In this document: positions 16,821 to 20,000 of the stretch, piece after piece | How positions within the stretch are numbered: position 1 is the first letter of the stretch | How the letters are laid out: each line of letters opens with the position of its first letter | Virus record (IMG/VR): IMGVR_UViG_3300028048_001320 | From: an uncultured virus (IMG/VR IMGVR_UViG_3300028048_001320) | Lineage: Duplodnaviria > Heunggongvirae > Uroviricota > Caudoviricetes | Strand: one strand, 5' to 3' | Length of the DNA: 20,000 bases | The notes under the pieces: generated by a model | What the model was told of the DNA's origin: nothing | Seen by the model: the letters and a program-made list of their open reading frames with translations, nothing else | Databases searched by the model: none | Program-made: the position numbers and the translations under genes

Positions 16821-16844
16821 AGAGGATGTTATTTAACATCCTCT
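16821..16844 (-). terminator. Intrinsic terminator ending the gyrBA operon; overlaps the stop codon of the 161-aa ORF
   Basis: AGAGGATGTT / AACATCCTCT 10-bp stem with a 4-nt loop, followed by CTTTATTTTT on the minus strand. Confidence 0.8.
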
Positions 16845-17314
16845 GATATAATTTTATTTCTCTCTTTATGTCTTTGATAATGATTAACAGATAATCTCAT
16901 CCAATCATCAAGGTTTTCTTTAAAGTTATTATTACCCCAATCAATCTTTGTACCACAATTAGGACAAAAGTTAGAACCAAGTAAACCAAATGCTCCAAAA
17001 AGAAAATGACATTGAGGGCAATAACAATGATGATGTTGAGAGCCATCTGTATCAGGTATTTTCTCTATATTTTTCTTTATTGCATATTTCCCAGATGTAG
17101 CTTTTATTATTTTATCATCAGAGTAAGTTACCGTTGTTTTTAAACTTTCCCATGAGTTGATTCTTACGTCAGCTATTCCAGTGAAGTAACTTGTATTAGC
17201 ATATATATAAGGGAAATTAAATTTAGCATTATGAAGGACCAACTTAACAGGAATTGGTCCTTCTCCACTATTATTTATAAAATCAAAAGTAATATTACCT
17301 ATATATTCTTTCAT
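16829..17314 (-). CDS. Hypothetical protein with a C-terminal zinc ribbon
   Basis: CPQC...NFCPNCGTKIDW; ATGA overlap with the gyrA stop. Confidence 0.7.
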   Translation of the reverse strand: MKEYIGNITFDFINNSGEGPIPVKLVLHNAKFNFPYIYANTSYFTGIADVRINSWESLKTTVTYSDDKIIKATSGKYAIKKNIEKIPDTDGSQHHHCYCPQCHFLFGAFGLLGSNFCPNCGTKIDWGNNNFKENLDDWMRLSVNHYQRHKERNKIISEDVK

Positions 17315-19671
17315 AACTTAATTACCCTTTCAATTTTACTTCCGTTTACTATCTGAACACCTGCGGCAGCTCGTCCTAAAACGGGTATATCTTTTGTATC
17401 TGTACAGATGGAGTTTGGTCTTCCAATAATAAGAATATTATCGGTGTCGTCAATGAGACATGCTCCGGCGACACGTACTTCTGATACTACAACTCCAACG
17501 CCACCTCTATTTTGAGTTGGGATATCTGTTTGTTTAACTCTCTTTCCAAGACCGGAAACAGTAAATATTCCAATATCATTTGACGCTGAACACGGTAAAC
17601 CAACGACAACTTCATCGCCCTCCTTGAGCTTAATTGACTTAACTCCCGCAGCGATTCTACCAATAGGAGCAATATCTTTAGTTCCAAATTTAATTATCAT
17701 ACCATTTTTAGTTACAATAATAACATCTTCTTCATTAAGAAGTGTTACATTTGCAAGAGAGTCGCCTTCCTTAAATTTAATTGCCTGAATACCAGTTGTT
17801 TTCTTTGTTGCCTTAAATTCTTCAAGCTTAGTCTTTTTAATAAGACCATTCTTTGTAAAGAACACAACATATTTAGCATCTGTTTCTCTGAACTGAGAAG
17901 TTACATACATAATCTTCTCATTAGGATTGAGTTTAAGTAATGCGGCAAGATTAACTCCTTTTGAAGCACTGGTTCCCGCAGGTACATTATCAACCAACAT
18001 TCTAAACATTCTACCTTCAGAAGTAAAGATAAGTAATGTATCAATAGTATTAGTTGATATAGATGATAAAATAGCATCATCCTGTGTTTTTACACCCTTA
18101 CCATTTCTTCTTTGTGATTTAAATGAAGTCTTAGGAATCCTCTTAATATCCCCTGATTGAGTGCATATTACTACTACATCTTCAGGCTCTACTAATGCAA
18201 TTTCTTTTTCTTCTTTTGGCTCTTCAATTTGCGCAAGCTCTGTCCTACGCGCATCACCATACTTCTTTACAATTTCATCTAAACGACGTTTTAATTCTTC
18301 AATTTGTTTATTTTCTAATATTATTAAATCATCAAGTTCATCTATCTTTTTATGCAAGTCTTCTTTTTCGTTTTCAAGCTTTACACCTTCCAATTTAGCA
18401 AGAGAAGAAAGTTTCATATTAAGAATAGCTGTTACTTGATTATCAGTAAACTCATATTTCTTTATGAGAGCTTCTTTTGCGGCAGCGCTACTTTCAGATT
18501 TCTTAATTATAGCTATGATATTATCAATATCAGCTAATGCTATAAGTAATCCAGCAACTATTTCAAGTCTTGCAAGTGCTTTATCTCTATCAAATTCTGC
18601 TTCCCGCACAATACACTTAATATTATGGTCTATATAAATTTTAATACAATCTTTAAGATTTAATTCTGTTGGAGTCTGACCAACGAGAGCTACCATATTA
18701 TAAGCAAATGAGGTTTGCATATTTGTATGTATAAAAATCTTATTTGCTATAATATCAGGATTAAAATCTTTTTTAATTTCTACAACTATACGAATTCCTT
18801 TTTTATTTGTTTCATCATGAACATCAGCAATTCCATCAATAACAGGAGGAATAATTTTATGATTTTTCTCATCTTCATGTTCTGAACCTACTTCACCTAT
18901 CTCTGTAATTAGTCCTTCTATTGTTTGTCCATAAGGGATTTCATAAAAAATAATTTTATTTTTTTCTACATTGTATCTTCCTCTAACTTTAACTGAACCA
19001 TGACCAGTTCTCATTATATTAGGTATATCATTTTTATTAATAACAATACCTCCTGTTGGAAAATCTGGTCCAGGTAACATTGGTTCTTCACTATTAATAT
19101 AATCGTTAATAGCCTTCGCTACTTCGCAAAGATTATGAGGTGCCCATTTACATGCCATACCAACCGCAATACCATCATTAGGATTGCATAAAAGATTAGG
19201 GAAAATAGCAGGTAAAGTTACAGGTTCTTCATCAGATTCATCATATGTTGGCATGAAATCAACATTTTTCTTTTTTAAACCATAAAGTAAACCATCTTCC
19301 GCAATCTTTGCAAGTCTTACCTCTGTATAACGCATACTAGCTGCATCATCACCTGTTATATTACCATTATTACCATGAAAGTCTATTAAAGGATAACGCA
19401 TTACCCAATCTTGAGAAAGTCTTACCGCAGCACCATAAATTGATGAATCACCGTGAGGATGAAGTTGTCCCATAACATCTCCAACAAGTTTTGCCGCTTT
19501 AACATGAGCTTTTGCTGATGTATAGCCTGAATGATAAGCTCCATAAATAATTCTTCGATGAACAGGTTTTGTTCCTGAAGTTGCATCTGGTAATGCTCTA
19601 TCTGTAAGAGTAGCAATAGCATAATCTATAAAATTTTGAGAAAATTCTTTCTTTATGTCATTAGTTTGCAT
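17311..19671 (-). CDS. gyrA: DNA gyrase subunit A (type IIA topoisomerase)
   Basis: RALPD..G.KPVHRR, HPHGD, catalytic AASMRYTE, PGPDFPTGG, beta-pinwheel CTD with GyrA-box QRRNGKG. Start placed at ATG 19671 after GAGGAGG; the track start is GTG 19686. Confidence 0.95.
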   Translation of the reverse strand: MQTNDIKKEFSQNFIDYAIATLTDRALPDATSGTKPVHRRIIYGAYHSGYTSAKAHVKAAKLVGDVMGQLHPHGDSSIYGAAVRLSQDWVMRYPLIDFHGNNGNITGDDAASMRYTEVRLAKIAEDGLLYGLKKKNVDFMPTYDESDEEPVTLPAIFPNLLCNPNDGIAVGMACKWAPHNLCEVAKAINDYINSEEPMLPGPDFPTGGIVINKNDIPNIMRTGHGSVKVRGRYNVEKNKIIFYEIPYGQTIEGLITEIGEVGSEHEDEKNHKIIPPVIDGIADVHDETNKKGIRIVVEIKKDFNPDIIANKIFIHTNMQTSFAYNMVALVGQTPTELNLKDCIKIYIDHNIKCIVREAEFDRDKALARLEIVAGLLIALADIDNIIAIIKKSESSAAAKEALIKKYEFTDNQVTAILNMKLSSLAKLEGVKLENEKEDLHKKIDELDDLIILENKQIEELKRRLDEIVKKYGDARRTELAQIEEPKEEKEIALVEPEDVVVICTQSGDIKRIPKTSFKSQRRNGKGVKTQDDAILSSISTNTIDTLLIFTSEGRMFRMLVDNVPAGTSASKGVNLAALLKLNPNEKIMYVTSQFRETDAKYVVFFTKNGLIKKTKLEEFKATKKTTGIQAIKFKEGDSLANVTLLNEEDVIIVTKNGMIIKFGTKDIAPIGRIAAGVKSIKLKEGDEVVVGLPCSASNDIGIFTVSGLGKRVKQTDIPTQNRGGVGVVVSEVRVAGACLIDDTDNILIIGRPNSICTDTKDIPVLGRAAAGVQIVNGSKIERVIKL

Positions 19672-20000
19672 TCCTTGCCTCCTCACCGTGTGCTTTAATA
19701 AATTCTTTTCTTGGAATTACATTTGTACCCATTAGTTGTTCAAATAATAAGTTTGTTCCTTTAATATCTTCAACTGTAATTTGTTTAATAATTCTTTTAT
19801 CCGGGTCTGTTAACGTTTCTTCTGTTTCTTCAACGTCCATTTCACCTAGACCCTTCATACGTCCAACGACATATTTTTTACCCTTATGTTTTTCTCTATA
19901 TTCATCAAGAGCATTATCATCTTTAAGATAAATATAAGTATCTTTTCCTTCTGTTATTTTATAAAGCGGTGGCACTCCTGCATAAATATATCCTTCCTCA
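19661..20000 (-). CDS. gyrB: DNA gyrase subunit B, C-terminal part; runs off the right edge of the window
   Basis: EEGYIYAGVPPLYK...RMKGLGEM...LMG....RKEFI; frame open to the window edge; overlaps the gyrA start. Confidence 0.92.
   Translation of the reverse strand, partial: EEGYIYAGVPPLYKITEGKDTYIYLKDDNALDEYREKHKGKKYVVGRMKGLGEMDVEETEETLTDPDKRIIKQITVEDIKGTNLLFEQLMGTNVIPRKEFIKAHGEEARNAN

Noticed and set aside
17487..19622. Six short ORFs on both strands within gyrA
   Set aside because: Shadow ORFs of a highly conserved gene
1..20000. Stop-codon reassignment (alternative genetic code)
   Set aside because: Genes are full length under code 11; TAA, TGA and TAG (ligA) all terminate genes at expected positions
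1..20000. CRISPR array, tRNA, inteins
   Set aside because: No regularly spaced repeats or cloverleaf seen; the helicases, ligase and GyrA have normal lengths with no intein motifs

Overview
AT-rich (roughly 30% GC by eye), gene-dense DNA replication/recombination module of a large tailed phage, most likely infecting a Bacillota (Firmicutes) host. All real genes lie on the minus strand. In transcription order they are: gyrB (3' end), gyrA, three small Cys-rich ORFs, NAD-dependent ligase, a small ORF, a wHTH protein, a membrane-anchored coiled-coil GIY-YIG nuclease, a ClpP-like protease, a divergent ThyX-like protein, a second wHTH paralog, an SSB-like protein, a Sak4-like ATPase, an unannotated 48-aa ORF, a Zn-finger protein, a DnaB-like helicase, a DnaG-like primase, a hypothetical, RecJ, a free-standing GIY-YIG homing endonuclease, a Dda/RecD-like helicase, a small TM protein and the PHP domain of DnaE. 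Eight near-identical sigmaA-type promoters and several intrinsic terminators punctuate the region. Most interesting signals: (1) a translationally coupled membrane nuclease + ClpP + non-canonical ThyX unit; (2) a duplicated, synonymously recoded recJ 3' end flanking the homing endonuclease; (3) a GC-rich inverted-repeat element that interrupts a promoter copy; (4) strong GCGG/CCGC enrichment together with near-absence of GATC; (5) a phage gyrase carrying Gly at the D87-equivalent quinolone position. Functional calls rest on motif recognition only, with no database searches, and k-mer counts are manual.
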